DNA of 64,000 bases, taken from an uncultured virus (IMG/VR IMGVR_UViG_3300042016_000026) (taxonomy: Duplodnaviria > Heunggongvirae > Uroviricota > Caudoviricetes > Schitoviridae). The position numbers were made by a program, and so were the translations under genes. Where the stretch lies: IMG/VR virus record IMGVR_UViG_3300042016_000026; one strand, 5' to 3'. The stretch's first letter is position 1, and the number at the start of each line of letters is the position of its first letter. This document shows, piece by piece, positions 16,404-26,983 of the stretch. The notes below the pieces were generated by a model. That model was given only the letters and a program-made list of their open reading frames with translations, was not told where the DNA came from and did no database searches.

Positions 16404-18557
16404 ATGGCACTTGATGAACAACAACCGCTCGTTACTAAGAACGAGCATAGCTTAACGGATTGGTCGAAAGAACCAACCCTTTCTGAGCTGAAGGCTGACG
16501 TTGAGGGCTCGAACAACTCCCATAACGCGCAGGTTCAGCAAATTGACACTTGGCTGGACTTTCTCCATACCAAAGGTGCTGGTGCCGCGCCGAAGATTAA
16601 AAACAAGTCGCAGGTACAGCCAAAGACGATTCGTCAGCAGGCAGAGTGGCGATATGCATCGCTATCCGAACCGTTCCTGTCGTCTTCGGACATCTTCGAA
16701 CTGAAGCCAGTGACCTGGGAAGATCGGAACGCGGCGATCCAGAACGGACTGTTGCTGAACAACCAGTTGAACACCCGCATCGACAAGCAGCACTTGGTCG
16801 ACACGATGGTGCGCTGTGCCGTGGATACCGGGGTGGCTTTCCTCAAGGTGGGCTGGAAGCGTGAGACGAAGATGTCGAAGCGCATGGTTCCGCAGTACGA
16901 GTTGACCTCGAACCCGGAATACCTGCCAATCATGCAGGAACTCGACGCACTCAAGGCCGAATCCCCTTCGCAGTATTATGAAGTGGATGAAGGCTACCGA
17001 CTTGCGCACGAAACCTACGAAACCGACGGTATTCCGTACGCTCCGTTCCAAGTTGGGATGATCGAAGAAGAATTCGAAGAAGTTCTGGCGAACCATCCCA
17101 CTTTGGAAGTGGTATCGCACAAGAACGTTATCGTCGATCCTTCCTGTAACGGTGTGCTGGAAAACGCCGGGTTCGTGGTGCACAAGTTCCTGTCCAGTCA
17201 GGCTGATCTGAAAAAGGACGGTCGTTACAAGAACCTCGACAAGATCAAGGCAGACCAGTCGAATCCATTATCCGAACCTGACTACGCGGTGAATGCGAAG
17301 GATAAGACCTTCAACTTCGCGGACAAAGCGCGAACCAAGTTCGTCGTGTACGAATACTGGGGTTTCCGTGATGTTCACGGTAAAGGTGACCTGACCCCGT
17401 TCGTTGCGGCCTGGGCCGGCGATGTGCTGATCCGGATGGAAGAGAACCCGTTCCCGGACAATGCAATTCCGTTTGTGGCCATTCCCTACCTGCCGGTGTT
17501 CGAATCGGTGTATGGCGAGAGCGATGGCTCGCTGCTGATTGAAAACCAGAAGACGATCGGTGCAGTTCAGCGCGGGATGATTGATGTGCTGGCCAAGTCG
17601 GCCAACGGCCAGACTGGTATCGCGAAAGGTGCGCTCGATGCGGTGAACCAGCGCAAGTTCGAAGAAGGGCGGGACTATCAGTTCAACCCGGGCAACGACC
17701 CGCGTACGGCGATCCATACCCACACCTTCCAAGAGCTGCCGACCTCGGCTTGGCAGATGGTGCAGAGTCAGAACCAACAAGCGGAGGCCATGACCGGGGT
17801 ACAGGCTTTCTCTGCTGGTTTGAGCGGTTCGTCTCTGGGTGATACGGCAACTGGTGTGCGTGGTGCGCTTGACGCTGCATCCAAGCGTGAATTGGGCATT
17901 CTCCGGCGTATGGCCGCAGGTGTGGTCAAAGCAGGGCGCAAGATCATCGCCATGAACGCTGTGTTCTTGGAAGACCGGGAAGTGATCCGGGTTACCAATC
18001 AATCGTTCGTGGACATTCGCCGCGACGACTTGCCGGGCAACTTCGATATCAGCCTGGCGATCTCGACGGCCGAAGAGGACAACGCCAAAGCGCAAGAGCT
18101 GTCGTTCATGCTGCAAACGGTAGGTCCGAACGCAGGTTGGGGTGTGACTTCGCTGATCCTGTCCGATATCGCCCGTCTGCGGAAAATGCCGGACTTGGCG
18201 AAGAAGATTGCGGACTACCAGCCAGAGCCAGACCCAATCGCACAAGCCAAGGCACAACTGGAAGTTGCATTGCTGCAAGCACAGATCGCGACCGAACAAG
18301 CGAAGGCCGCGCACTATGCAACCGGCGCACAACTCGCTTCTGTGAAACAAGGCACCGAAGTTGCGAAAGCCAACGCATTGAATGCAAGCGCTGACAAAAC
18401 TAACCTCGATTTCCTTGAACAAGAGTCTGGTGTAGCACAAGAGCGCAACTTGCAGTCTCTTGACCGTCAAGCAGAAGGTCAGGCACGATTGCAGGCAGTT
18501 CAGTCGGTTATCCGTCAACAAGAGGCCAGCCAAATGAATAAACCTAGCGCAACGTAA
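16404..18557 (+). CDS. Portal protein (N4 gp59-like)
   Basis: About 717 aa; LTDWSKEPTL N-terminus; position between TerL and capsid genes. Confidence 0.9.
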   Translation: MALDEQQPLVTKNEHSLTDWSKEPTLSELKADVEGSNNSHNAQVQQIDTWLDFLHTKGAGAAPKIKNKSQVQPKTIRQQAEWRYASLSEPFLSSSDIFELKPVTWEDRNAAIQNGLLLNNQLNTRIDKQHLVDTMVRCAVDTGVAFLKVGWKRETKMSKRMVPQYELTSNPEYLPIMQELDALKAESPSQYYEVDEGYRLAHETYETDGIPYAPFQVGMIEEEFEEVLANHPTLEVVSHKNVIVDPSCNGVLENAGFVVHKFLSSQADLKKDGRYKNLDKIKADQSNPLSEPDYAVNAKDKTFNFADKARTKFVVYEYWGFRDVHGKGDLTPFVAAWAGDVLIRMEENPFPDNAIPFVAIPYLPVFESVYGESDGSLLIENQKTIGAVQRGMIDVLAKSANGQTGIAKGALDAVNQRKFEEGRDYQFNPGNDPRTAIHTHTFQELPTSAWQMVQSQNQQAEAMTGVQAFSAGLSGSSLGDTATGVRGALDAASKRELGILRRMAAGVVKAGRKIIAMNAVFLEDREVIRVTNQSFVDIRRDDLPGNFDISLAISTAEEDNAKAQELSFMLQTVGPNAGWGVTSLILSDIARLRKMPDLAKKIADYQPEPDPIAQAKAQLEVALLQAQIATEQAKAAHYATGAQLASVKQGTEVAKANALNASADKTNLDFLEQESGVAQERNLQSLDRQAEGQARLQAVQSVIRQQEASQMNKPSAT

Positions 18558-18622
18558 CGACAATCGGTAATATGCGGGACTTCTCACGAAGTCCCCTCTA
18601 ATTTCTCCAAGGAGCACCCCAA

Positions 18623-18967
18623 ATGGGCAATGCCGTTAAACAAATCGAAATCACCATCGAAGATTGCAAAGTAGTCGTTGAACGCGGTAAAGCGCTGCAA
18701 CGTTTGCTGGAAAACCCCGATTTCAACTCGATCATCATGAAAGGTTACATGGAGCGCGAAGCGCATCGTCTGACCTTGATGCTGGCTGACCCGGCGTGTG
18801 AAACTGTGCAAGGCCGTGAGAATATCGTGCGTGACCTGTCTGCCATTGCGCAATTGAACGCGCACTTCCGCACTATCCGCACTGCGGGTGATGTTGCTCA
18901 GCGCACCCTGGCCGAACACCAAGAAGAGTTGGAGTTCCAACTTCGCCAAGAACTGGCGGGGGAATAA
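18623..18967 (+). CDS. Conserved N4 gp58-like protein
   Basis: ALQRLLENPDFNSIIMKGY; synteny. Confidence 0.75.
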   Translation: MGNAVKQIEITIEDCKVVVERGKALQRLLENPDFNSIIMKGYMEREAHRLTLMLADPACETVQGRENIVRDLSAIAQLNAHFRTIRTAGDVAQRTLAEHQEELEFQLRQELAGE

Positions 18968-18970
18968 GCC

Positions 18971-20155
18971 ATGTCTGACTTCCTGACGATGTCCGATGCT
19001 GACTTCATGGCGCAAGGCGCTGGCAAGTTGGCTGAAGCGCAGGCTGCTGCTGAAACCAGCACCCCTGACGCAACTACTCCCGATAACGTGGAGACTTCCA
19101 ATGCCGACGCCACCGCTGCTGCCGAAGCACTTGCCGCTGGAACTGTTACTGCTCCCGATACAACTGCTACCACGGAAACAGACGAAGAAGGCGAAACGCA
19201 GAACGAAGGGGGCGAGCAGGAAGAAGGCGGCGAACTTGGTGACGGAACTGACGAAGCGAATCAGGCGCAGCCAGAACTGGGCGCTGATGGTCAACCAGTC
19301 ACCAAACCAGAAGTAAAGAAGGCAGAAGTCTCCACTTCTGATACTGGTTTGCCGGAAGGCGCTGAACGCATCTTCGCAACCTTCCGTGCGAACGGTCGCG
19401 ACATGCAAGTGAAGTCTGTGGACGAAGCAATCCGTCTTATGCAGATGGGTGCCAACTATTCGCAGAAACAGGCTGTTGCCAAGAAAGATCGCGCATATGT
19501 GAAAGTTCTTGAGCAGAACGGCTTACTTGACCATGAAAAGTTGGCGTTTGCTGTTGACTTGATGGCCGGAAAGCCCGAAGCTATCGGCAAGTTGCTGAAA
19601 GACTCCAAGATTGACGTTCACGACATCGACGATGATAAAGTTGCAGCATACCGCGCAGAATCTCGCGCACCGAGTGCAGCATCTCTGGACCTCGACGAAG
19701 TTGTAGCAGAAATCGAAGGTACTGCTCACTTCACTCGCCTTGTAGGCGAAATGAAGACTTGGGATCAAAAGTCCCAGGCATTGTTGGGCAGTCACCCGCA
19801 AGCGCTGAAACAGCTCACTGAGCAGATGGAATCCGGCGTTTACGACAAGATCATGGACGAAGTCAATCGGCAACAGGTATTGGGTGCGATGACAGGTGTG
19901 CCGGTAATGCAGGCATACAACGAGATCGGTCAGAAGATGGCCGAAGCTGGTGCTTTCAACGCCCCGGCTCCGAAGGGTCCAGTAAAGAAGCTGGTCACTC
20001 CGGGCAAAAAGACTTCGCCGGCCACGAAGGCCGATGAGGAACGGCGTCGCGCTGCTGCCCCATCGAAGGGTGCAACGACTGCAACACAAGAAGCGAAGAA
20101 ACCTGACTTCCTCTCGATGAGCGATGCAGAGTTCTTGAAGCAATCCAAACCGTAA
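18971..20155 (+). CDS. N4 gp57-like protein (probable scaffold)
   Basis: Acidic N-terminus, FRANGR...LMQMGANY, DFLxMSDAxF repeated at both ends; upstream of the capsid gene. Confidence 0.75.
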   Translation: MSDFLTMSDADFMAQGAGKLAEAQAAAETSTPDATTPDNVETSNADATAAAEALAAGTVTAPDTTATTETDEEGETQNEGGEQEEGGELGDGTDEANQAQPELGADGQPVTKPEVKKAEVSTSDTGLPEGAERIFATFRANGRDMQVKSVDEAIRLMQMGANYSQKQAVAKKDRAYVKVLEQNGLLDHEKLAFAVDLMAGKPEAIGKLLKDSKIDVHDIDDDKVAAYRAESRAPSAASLDLDEVVAEIEGTAHFTRLVGEMKTWDQKSQALLGSHPQALKQLTEQMESGVYDKIMDEVNRQQVLGAMTGVPVMQAYNEIGQKMAEAGAFNAPAPKGPVKKLVTPGKKTSPATKADEERRRAAAPSKGATTATQEAKKPDFLSMSDAEFLKQSKP

Positions 20156-20170
20156 TAAGGAAACCCCTCG

Positions 20171-21355
20171 ATGCCAGCTCCAAATACGTACACTCCAGCT
20201 TCGTATAACGCCCCACCGGGCAGTCCGTCCAGCATCGGCCCACAGGCCTATGAAGAGTATCACCAGAAACAAGCGCTGATCGAAGCGCGTAAGGAACAGT
20301 TCTTCACCCAACTGGCCGACGTTACCGTCATGCCGAAAAACATGGGCAAGAAGATCACCAAGTTCCACTACATCCCACTGCTCGACGACCGCAACGTCAA
20401 CGACCAGGGTATCGACGCGAACGGCGCCACCATCGCGAACGGCAACCTGTACGGCTCCAGCAAGGACATCGGTGTCATTACCGGTAAGCTGCCAGCCCTG
20501 ACCGAACACGGTGGCCGCGTTAACCGCGTTGGTTTCACCCGTATCGAGCTGGAAGGCACGCTGGAAAAATTCGGCTTCTACGAAGAATTCACCCAGGAAT
20601 CCCTGGACTTCGACAGCGACGCCGAGCTGGACATGCACATCACCCGTGAAATGGTGAACGGCGCTCACCAGATGTCCGAAGCTGCTCTGCAGATCGACAT
20701 CCTGAACGCTGCCGGTGTAATTCGTTACGCTGGTGATGCAACCTCCAACGTTACCCTGAACAGCGGCGACGTTGTTACTTACGACGACCTGTTGCGTCTG
20801 GGCATCCAACTGACCAACAACCGTACTCCGCGTACCATTACGCAGATCAACGGTACCCGTCTGACCGACACCCGTACCATTCCGGGCGCACGTCCTCTGC
20901 ACTGCGGTTCCGAGTTGATCCCAACTCTGAAAGGCATGAAGGACATGCACAACAACCCTGCATTCATCTCGGTCGAGAAGTATGCGGCTGGTGGTGAAAC
21001 CCTGATCGGCGAAATCGGCCAGATCGATGAGTTCCGTATCATCATCGTGCCGGAAATGCTGAAGTGGTCTGGTGGTGGCGCTCTGGTCACCGACGCGCTG
21101 TATCACGACAACGGCACCAACTACGACGTGTTCCCAATGCTCTGCATCGGCGACGGTTCGTTTACCACCATTGGTTTCCAAACCGACGGTAAATCGGTGA
21201 AGTTCAAGATCATCAAGAAGCTTCCGGGCGTTGAAACTGCGGATCGCCTGGACCCGTACGGCGAAATGGGCTTCATGGCCATCAAGTGGTACTACGGCTT
21301 CATGACTCTGCGTTCCGAGCGCATTGGTCTGATCAAGACCCTTGCCCTGCTGTAA
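20171..21355 (+). CDS. Major capsid protein (N4 gp56-like)
   Basis: [40 protein letters not shown] motifs; strong codon bias. Confidence 0.95.
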   Translation: MPAPNTYTPASYNAPPGSPSSIGPQAYEEYHQKQALIEARKEQFFTQLADVTVMPKNMGKKITKFHYIPLLDDRNVNDQGIDANGATIANGNLYGSSKDIGVITGKLPALTEHGGRVNRVGFTRIELEGTLEKFGFYEEFTQESLDFDSDAELDMHITREMVNGAHQMSEAALQIDILNAAGVIRYAGDATSNVTLNSGDVVTYDDLLRLGIQLTNNRTPRTITQINGTRLTDTRTIPGARPLHCGSELIPTLKGMKDMHNNPAFISVEKYAAGGETLIGEIGQIDEFRIIIVPEMLKWSGGGALVTDALYHDNGTNYDVFPMLCIGDGSFTTIGFQTDGKSVKFKIIKKLPGVETADRLDPYGEMGFMAIKWYYGFMTLRSERIGLIKTLALL

Positions 21356-21375
21356 CGGCAACTGCAATACCATTT

Positions 21376-21397
21376 GGGGAGCTTCGGCTCCCCTTTT
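21376..21397 (+). terminator. Intrinsic terminator
   Basis: GGGGAGC-TTCG-GCTCCCC-TTTT. Confidence 0.85.
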
Positions 21398-21430
21398 GGG
21401 TACAACTCGCACCGTTTCCGGAGAAACGCA

Positions 21431-22153
21431 ATGTCTGATGACCAAGCTGTACCTGATGAACTCGAATCTCTCAAAGCCCGAGCTACCAAGCTGGGGATTA
21501 CTATTGACGGTCGCTGGGGCGTAGAAAAGCTCCGCGAAGTCGTGAACGCCGCAATCCAAGGTGATAAGCCAGTGACTGAACCAACTACCACCCCTGCTCC
21601 ACAACCGGCTCCAGCTCCAGTAGCTGCGCCAGCTCCCGCGGTTAAAGCGGTCGAGCAAGCGCCTGCTGTCGTGAAAGAAGCGCCGGTCGAGAACGAAATC
21701 AAGTCTCCGGTCGAAGTCACCAAGATGCCTTCGCTGGCTGATGCCATGAAAGAAGTTCCGGCGGATGCCGGCCCGGAAACCGAAGGCCAGAAGAAGAACC
21801 GTCTGCGCCGTGAAGCGATGGCCCTGGTGCGTGTGCGTGTGTCCTGCATGGACCCACAGAAGAAGAACCTCAAGGGCGAATTGCTCTGCGTATCGAACCG
21901 TAACTTCGGTACCGTGCAGCGTTTCATTCCATTCAACCGCGAATGGCACATCGAGAAGGTGCTGTACGACGCGATGATGGAAAAGGAATACATGGTGTTC
22001 GACCGCGAGAAGACCGGCCGTGCTGGCATCGAAGTCGTGACCCCGCGTAACGTTCCGGCGTTCAACATTCAGGTTCTGCCGCCGCTGACCAAGGGTGAGC
22101 TGAAGGATCTGGCTCAGCGTCAAGCCATGGCCGACGGTACCCGTCAGGAGTAA
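21431..22153 (+). CDS. N4 gp55-like protein
   Basis: ELESLKARATKLGI; C-terminal LPPLTxxELxxLA; Pro/Ala linker. Confidence 0.75.
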   Translation: MSDDQAVPDELESLKARATKLGITIDGRWGVEKLREVVNAAIQGDKPVTEPTTTPAPQPAPAPVAAPAPAVKAVEQAPAVVKEAPVENEIKSPVEVTKMPSLADAMKEVPADAGPETEGQKKNRLRREAMALVRVRVSCMDPQKKNLKGELLCVSNRNFGTVQRFIPFNREWHIEKVLYDAMMEKEYMVFDREKTGRAGIEVVTPRNVPAFNIQVLPPLTKGELKDLAQRQAMADGTRQE

Positions 22154-22159
22154 TAACGT

Positions 22160-22894
22160 ATGGCAGTTACCCCGATTACCCTCAACGACTTGACCCAGGC
22201 CACAGTCGGGGGTTCCGGGGCATTCGATACGCTGATGCGTTCGATGGTCGGTCACCTCGAATTGGAGTTCAATAAAGGACGCCTTCGAGGGGCTGACTAT
22301 GCCAACGTCTACCTGAATGCACTGACCCCGGTATTGCAAAATGCCGTGGTCTTTTTGCTTCAGAAGGACGAAGCGGCGAACAAAGCAGCCTTGGTCGATG
22401 CTCAGGTACGCTTGACCGAAGTTCAGATCCTCTTGGCTGAAGCCGAGCTGGAACGTGAGCTGATCAACAAGGAACTGGTGCAAGCACAGGTTTCCAAGAC
22501 CATTGCTGAAACCGTGAACCTCGGCCAGCAGTTGTTGAACCTGAAGGCTGAAGAATGCGTCCTTAAATCGCAGTACGACATCAACCTGTCGCAGAACCTG
22601 CAAGTCGTGGCGCAAACCAGTCTGGTTAACCAGAAGGTGGCAACCGAGAAGGCACAGACCTCTGGTATCGCGATTGAGCCGAATTCGGTGATTGGCAAGC
22701 AGATCACCCTGTATACCGCACAAGCCAACGGCTTCGACCGGGATGCAGAGCAGAAAGCGGCCAAGGTGATGATCGACTCGTGGAACGTACGGCGAACCAC
22801 GGACGTGGGTACCGTCGCCGACGGGGTCAACCAACTCCACGATGCCAACGTGGGCCGCGCAGTAAATGCGCTCCTTGGTGGCGTAGGGGCTTAA
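22160..22894 (+). CDS. Structural protein (N4 gp54-like)
   Basis: GSGAFDTLM...LELEF.KGR..G..YA.VY; synteny. Confidence 0.75.
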   Translation: MAVTPITLNDLTQATVGGSGAFDTLMRSMVGHLELEFNKGRLRGADYANVYLNALTPVLQNAVVFLLQKDEAANKAALVDAQVRLTEVQILLAEAELERELINKELVQAQVSKTIAETVNLGQQLLNLKAEECVLKSQYDINLSQNLQVVAQTSLVNQKVATEKAQTSGIAIEPNSVIGKQITLYTAQANGFDRDAEQKAAKVMIDSWNVRRTTDVGTVADGVNQLHDANVGRAVNALLGGVGA

Positions 22895-22910
22895 ACCAGC
22901 GTGATAGGAT

Positions 22911-22938
22911 AGGGGAACTTCGGTTCCCCTTTTCTTTT
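22911..22938 (+). terminator. Intrinsic terminator
   Basis: AGGGGAAC-TTCG-GTTCCCCT-TTTCTTTT. Confidence 0.8.
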
Positions 22939-22948
22939 GGAGCAATTC

Positions 22949-25237
22949 ATGGGGCTTTTCAGCAGCAAGAAGACTTACACGGTCAACGTCACAGTTAGCC
23001 CCGTGTTTGAAGAAGAACAGATCCCCACTAGTGCCCTTAACGGCTTAATCAAGGGGATCATGCAGGAACAGGACATTGTTCCGTCGATGCTCGACGAAAT
23101 CTCCCAGTGCATGGGCATTCGTGCCATGACGGCGCTGCACAACACCCAAATGAAGGGTTATGAGCCTGGCATTCCCTCGGCGCAGGTAGCGACCTACATT
23201 CAAGCCAAAGATCAGGTAATCAGCGCGATTGAGGCCAATATCGGCCGGCAGATCGATGTTGAGTATTACTACATGGGTCCGCTGAACTCGATGCACTTCG
23301 GTTGGCAGTACTGCCACGATTCGCTTGGGTACAACGTGGCCACCAACGAACTGACGGTGCTCAGTGCTTCTACTGGTTTCCCGTGCTACCTGTCGGACAT
23401 GAAGGCCACGTATCTGCGTGAAGATTTCGACTGGATGATCCAGACCAACGATACCGGAATGCTTGCGCAACTCGGCCCGTCTCCTCGTTCTGGTTTCCGT
23501 CCTTCGGCGCCGTACAACATGCTGAGTGGCATAGGCCAGTACGCCCAGCAGCCAGCGTACGAGGTGAGCGACGTTTCGACGGAAGACTACGTGACCATCC
23601 AATATGAGTTCCAAAACGCCAGTGGCGCCTTTGAGACTCGTGGTATCACTGTCTCCATGGCTTCGTTGGACAACATCGCCGATTTCCACATGTGCCGCTA
23701 CAAGGATTCGACCGGCAAGACCGGGTTCTTCACCTATCTGCACGGCTCCGGTACCTACCCATCTATTGATCTGGCTTACGCCCTGGAACACAGCCCGCTG
23801 GGTACGTACTTTCCGTGGGCCTACTTCCGTCACCACGGGCAAGACGCCTACGACATCGAATCAGCTACCAGCATGGGGCAGATGAAGGCTTGGTGTGAAC
23901 AACTGGGGGTGAGCTACGATCAACTGTATGACGGGGTGCATGAAGACCCGAATGTGGACGATACAGAGCAAAGTTTGCTGCTGATGGCCATTAACCCTGG
24001 CCATGAGAACCAAGCGTGCCGGGAATACCTGTTCAAGCATTTCAGCGCGCTACATGCGAACGCATTGCCACAAGTGCAACTAGACCCGTCGCTTGAGGGT
24101 AAACTGAATGCATTCACGTCGTCACCGTCACAAATGCAGCATATCCGCGATAATCGCTTCGCAATGTCCTTCCAGTTCAGCGGTATTTCCAAACGCCGCG
24201 TTCCCGGGAAGATTGCCAACAAAAATCGCTATAACTCGCACTTCGGCATCCTAAGCCAAGACAGTCAGAACTATCTGACCCAGACGCCTATCGGTACCGG
24301 GGTTGATAACGCTTTTTTGGAGCAACCGGGTTGGATCTATCAATATCAGGTCAATGACTCGGTATACGAAGAGATCATCGTCTACGGGCTGCGGGTGAAC
24401 TACCAAGTTCACAGCAAGAAAGGATTTGCGGCGAGCCGGCAGGATAAAGAGCTGCTTATCCCGCTTGACTCGGCAATCGTGCAAACCATGTCGGTTCCTG
24501 CACGAGAGCAGCTATTGTGCCGGTCACTCACCATGATGGTGAACACCGTGATCATCACCAAGTCACCTTGGTATGCGTCGTCGGCCTTCCGCATCATCCT
24601 GCTCGTGATAGCCGTGGTGATCACCATTCTGTCGGCCGGTTCGGCATGGCAGACCGTTGTTGCTGCCTGGGGGGTAGGTATCGGGGCACTTGCTGTCGTG
24701 ATCATAACAACCATCGTGAAAACCATGGTTATCAGCTATGGGGTGAAATTGTTCGCTCAAGCGGTAGGCCCGAAGGCGGCACTGATTATCGCGATAGTCG
24801 CCGTGGTCTACGGCAACTCCACGGCTGCCGCAGAAGCTTCAGCTACATGGGCAGAGAATCTGGTGCAGTTGGGTACGTCGCTGGTGAAGGAAGCCGGGAC
24901 ATTAAGCCAGCAACAGATAGCGGCGGGCCTGAAGGATATCGTTGAAGACGCTGAAGCGTTTTCTGCCTGGGCAGAAGACCAAATGGATGGGTTAACTGAT
25001 AACATGCTGGCCTTGGGTATGAATCCGGCAATTGTCGGGCTAAACGCCTTCGATGTGGTAAAAATGGGGCCGCGGCTTGTTCTTGGCGAGAATCCGTCGG
25101 ATTACTACGCACGAACTGTGCATGCGAGCAATATCGGTACATTGGCGTTCGATATGACAGAATCCTTTGTCGCGATAAAGACTTCGCTGCCAACTTTCAA
25201 TCAAACGCAGGAGAGCTTCAATTATGGCGGGGACTAA
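22949..25237 (+). CDS. Structural protein with C-terminal TM segments (N4 gp53-like)
   Basis: MGLFSSKK start; hydrophobic helices near C-terminus; synteny. Confidence 0.75.
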   Translation: MGLFSSKKTYTVNVTVSPVFEEEQIPTSALNGLIKGIMQEQDIVPSMLDEISQCMGIRAMTALHNTQMKGYEPGIPSAQVATYIQAKDQVISAIEANIGRQIDVEYYYMGPLNSMHFGWQYCHDSLGYNVATNELTVLSASTGFPCYLSDMKATYLREDFDWMIQTNDTGMLAQLGPSPRSGFRPSAPYNMLSGIGQYAQQPAYEVSDVSTEDYVTIQYEFQNASGAFETRGITVSMASLDNIADFHMCRYKDSTGKTGFFTYLHGSGTYPSIDLAYALEHSPLGTYFPWAYFRHHGQDAYDIESATSMGQMKAWCEQLGVSYDQLYDGVHEDPNVDDTEQSLLLMAINPGHENQACREYLFKHFSALHANALPQVQLDPSLEGKLNAFTSSPSQMQHIRDNRFAMSFQFSGISKRRVPGKIANKNRYNSHFGILSQDSQNYLTQTPIGTGVDNAFLEQPGWIYQYQVNDSVYEEIIVYGLRVNYQVHSKKGFAASRQDKELLIPLDSAIVQTMSVPAREQLLCRSLTMMVNTVIITKSPWYASSAFRIILLVIAVVITILSAGSAWQTVVAAWGVGIGALAVVIITTIVKTMVISYGVKLFAQAVGPKAALIIAIVAVVYGNSTAAAEASATWAENLVQLGTSLVKEAGTLSQQQIAAGLKDIVEDAEAFSAWAEDQMDGLTDNMLALGMNPAIVGLNAFDVVKMGPRLVLGENPSDYYARTVHASNIGTLAFDMTESFVAIKTSLPTFNQTQESFNYGGD

Positions 25238-25688
25238 CTTCTTGCCCTTCGATTTCGACCTTAGCGGTATCTTCGGGGGCACAACTGGCGGTGACAACGG
25301 TACGGGGCTGGTTAACTTTCCTGGCTTCGGTGGTGGCGGTTCTGCTGGCGCACCTACGGCCAATGGCGGGGGCGGTTTGTTCAGCAACCTGTTCAGCCGC
25401 CAATCCATGTTCGGTGGTGCCGACCAAAACAGCGGTATGTACACAGGTGGCTGGGCACCGGTAGCTTTGGGGGCAGGTCAGGCCATCTTCGGTGCGCTGC
25501 AAGGCAATAAGGCAACGAAGCTGGCTGAAGACCAGTTCAAGGAAGGCCGGCGTCAATTCGACCTGAACTTCAACGCTCAGCGTCAAACTATCAACTCGCA
25601 ACTGGAAGACCGCCAGCGTGCACGTAATGCATCGAATCCGACGGCATACGAGAACACTGACGACTACCTGCGCAAGAATCGGGTGTAA
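25224..25688 (+). CDS. Gly-rich ejection protein (N4 gp52-like)
   Basis: Gly-rich; INSQLEDRQRARNAS. Confidence 0.75.
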   Translation: MAGTNFLPFDFDLSGIFGGTTGGDNGTGLVNFPGFGGGGSAGAPTANGGGGLFSNLFSRQSMFGGADQNSGMYTGGWAPVALGAGQAIFGALQGNKATKLAEDQFKEGRRQFDLNFNAQRQTINSQLEDRQRARNASNPTAYENTDDYLRKNRV

Positions 25689-25690
25689 TC

Positions 25691-26968
25691 ATGGCCGAGC
25701 CGATCACATGGCGTAACGTTGGCAGCGGAGGTGGGGGCAACCCCGCCGCTTTGCTGGCGATGGGGCAGAATCAGGTTCAACAGGGTCTTTCGGCTCTGGG
25801 TGGCCTATTCCGCAACGAACAGAAACTTCAGATGCGTAATCAGGACCAAGTGCGCGAAAACAACACGGCACAGTATCTTGATGCCGTGGCAAGCGCCGGG
25901 GGCGTTGATGCGCTACAGAACCCTGAAACTCGTGCTCAACTCGAAAGTATGCGCAAAGGATTCGGCGCCGCTATCGACCGAGACGTCACGCGCAACGCAA
26001 TCGATACCCGAGTCAAAGGTTTGCAGCAGCAAGCCTTGGTGGATAATCAGTTCACGGATCAGGCGACGGAACGCCAACAACGTGGGCTGGTAGACAAAGG
26101 TTTGGAGCTGGCTCAGGCCGGGGATATGCAGGGCGTGCAGAAATTGCTCGCTGACACGCAGTTCTTGGACGAAGGTAAGGTCGCCACCAACCTCATGGGG
26201 ATCTTGGACGCCAAGACCCGCCGTCAGTACGCTGCCGAGGACCAACAGCGTCAGGATCGCTCTGAGGGCCGTCAGATTGCACAATTCCAAGAGAGCATGG
26301 CTGCTGCCTCGGAAAACCGCCAAATGCGCAAGGAAGCGATGGCTGATTCGCGCCAAGAGCGGGCTTTCCGTAATGGTGCTCGCGTTCTGGATGATGCGGC
26401 CGAGCAAGCCAAGTCGATCCTGAATACCCGACTGGCCGGCAACGAATGGGCCAACGTTTCGACTGACCCAGGCAAGGATGCGGCTGTTCTGTTGAAAGGG
26501 TTGACTGACGACGACAAGTTCATGTCGTTGGCCAATACCGATAAAACGGACATCCGTCAGATGCAGGAAGGTGTAACTGCGCTGTTGGCGACCGGTGTTG
26601 AAGCCGACGGACAGTTGTACAAGGTTCCGCCTGCATTGCTGCAACAAGTCATCAACCAGAACAGCAAAAACTGGAATCTGGGCGATAACCCGATGGAAAG
26701 CATTCGTGAGGACTTGCGCAATAGCCTATCGGGTAATGCAGGTGCAGGAAACCGTGCAAAAGTGCGTGAAGCGCAGGAAGTACGGGATCGTGCGAACAAT
26801 GTGATGCAAACCCTTAAACGGGCGAAAACGCAGCTTGGGTCTAGCTCTACGCTCGATACTTCTGGTATTGTGCAGGCACTCGCTGAGTTGGCAGGACAAG
26901 CACCGGTCAATGTGTCGCAGCGTGGCCCAGACCTCCTGCCTTCCGCAGACGAGGACTCTAAATACTGA
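25691..26968 (+). CDS. Ejection protein (N4 gp51-like)
   Basis: PITWRNV N-terminus, helical, no Cys seen, directly upstream of vRNAP. Confidence 0.7.
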   Translation: MAEPITWRNVGSGGGGNPAALLAMGQNQVQQGLSALGGLFRNEQKLQMRNQDQVRENNTAQYLDAVASAGGVDALQNPETRAQLESMRKGFGAAIDRDVTRNAIDTRVKGLQQQALVDNQFTDQATERQQRGLVDKGLELAQAGDMQGVQKLLADTQFLDEGKVATNLMGILDAKTRRQYAAEDQQRQDRSEGRQIAQFQESMAAASENRQMRKEAMADSRQERAFRNGARVLDDAAEQAKSILNTRLAGNEWANVSTDPGKDAAVLLKGLTDDDKFMSLANTDKTDIRQMQEGVTALLATGVEADGQLYKVPPALLQQVINQNSKNWNLGDNPMESIREDLRNSLSGNAGAGNRAKVREAQEVRDRANNVMQTLKRAKTQLGSSSTLDTSGIVQALAELAGQAPVNVSQRGPDLLPSADEDSKY

Positions 26969-26983
26969 TAAGGGGATACAAAT

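Noticed and set aside
21570..21700. Pro/Ala repeat-like DNA in the gp55-like gene, and similar tracts in vRNAP
   Set aside because: Ordinary low-complexity protein linkers
19523..22945. 1140-aa minus-strand ORF and similar long antisense ORFs over terminase, portal, vRNAP, primase and polymerase
   Set aside because: Explained by codon bias of the sense genes; no SD sequences or recognisable motifs
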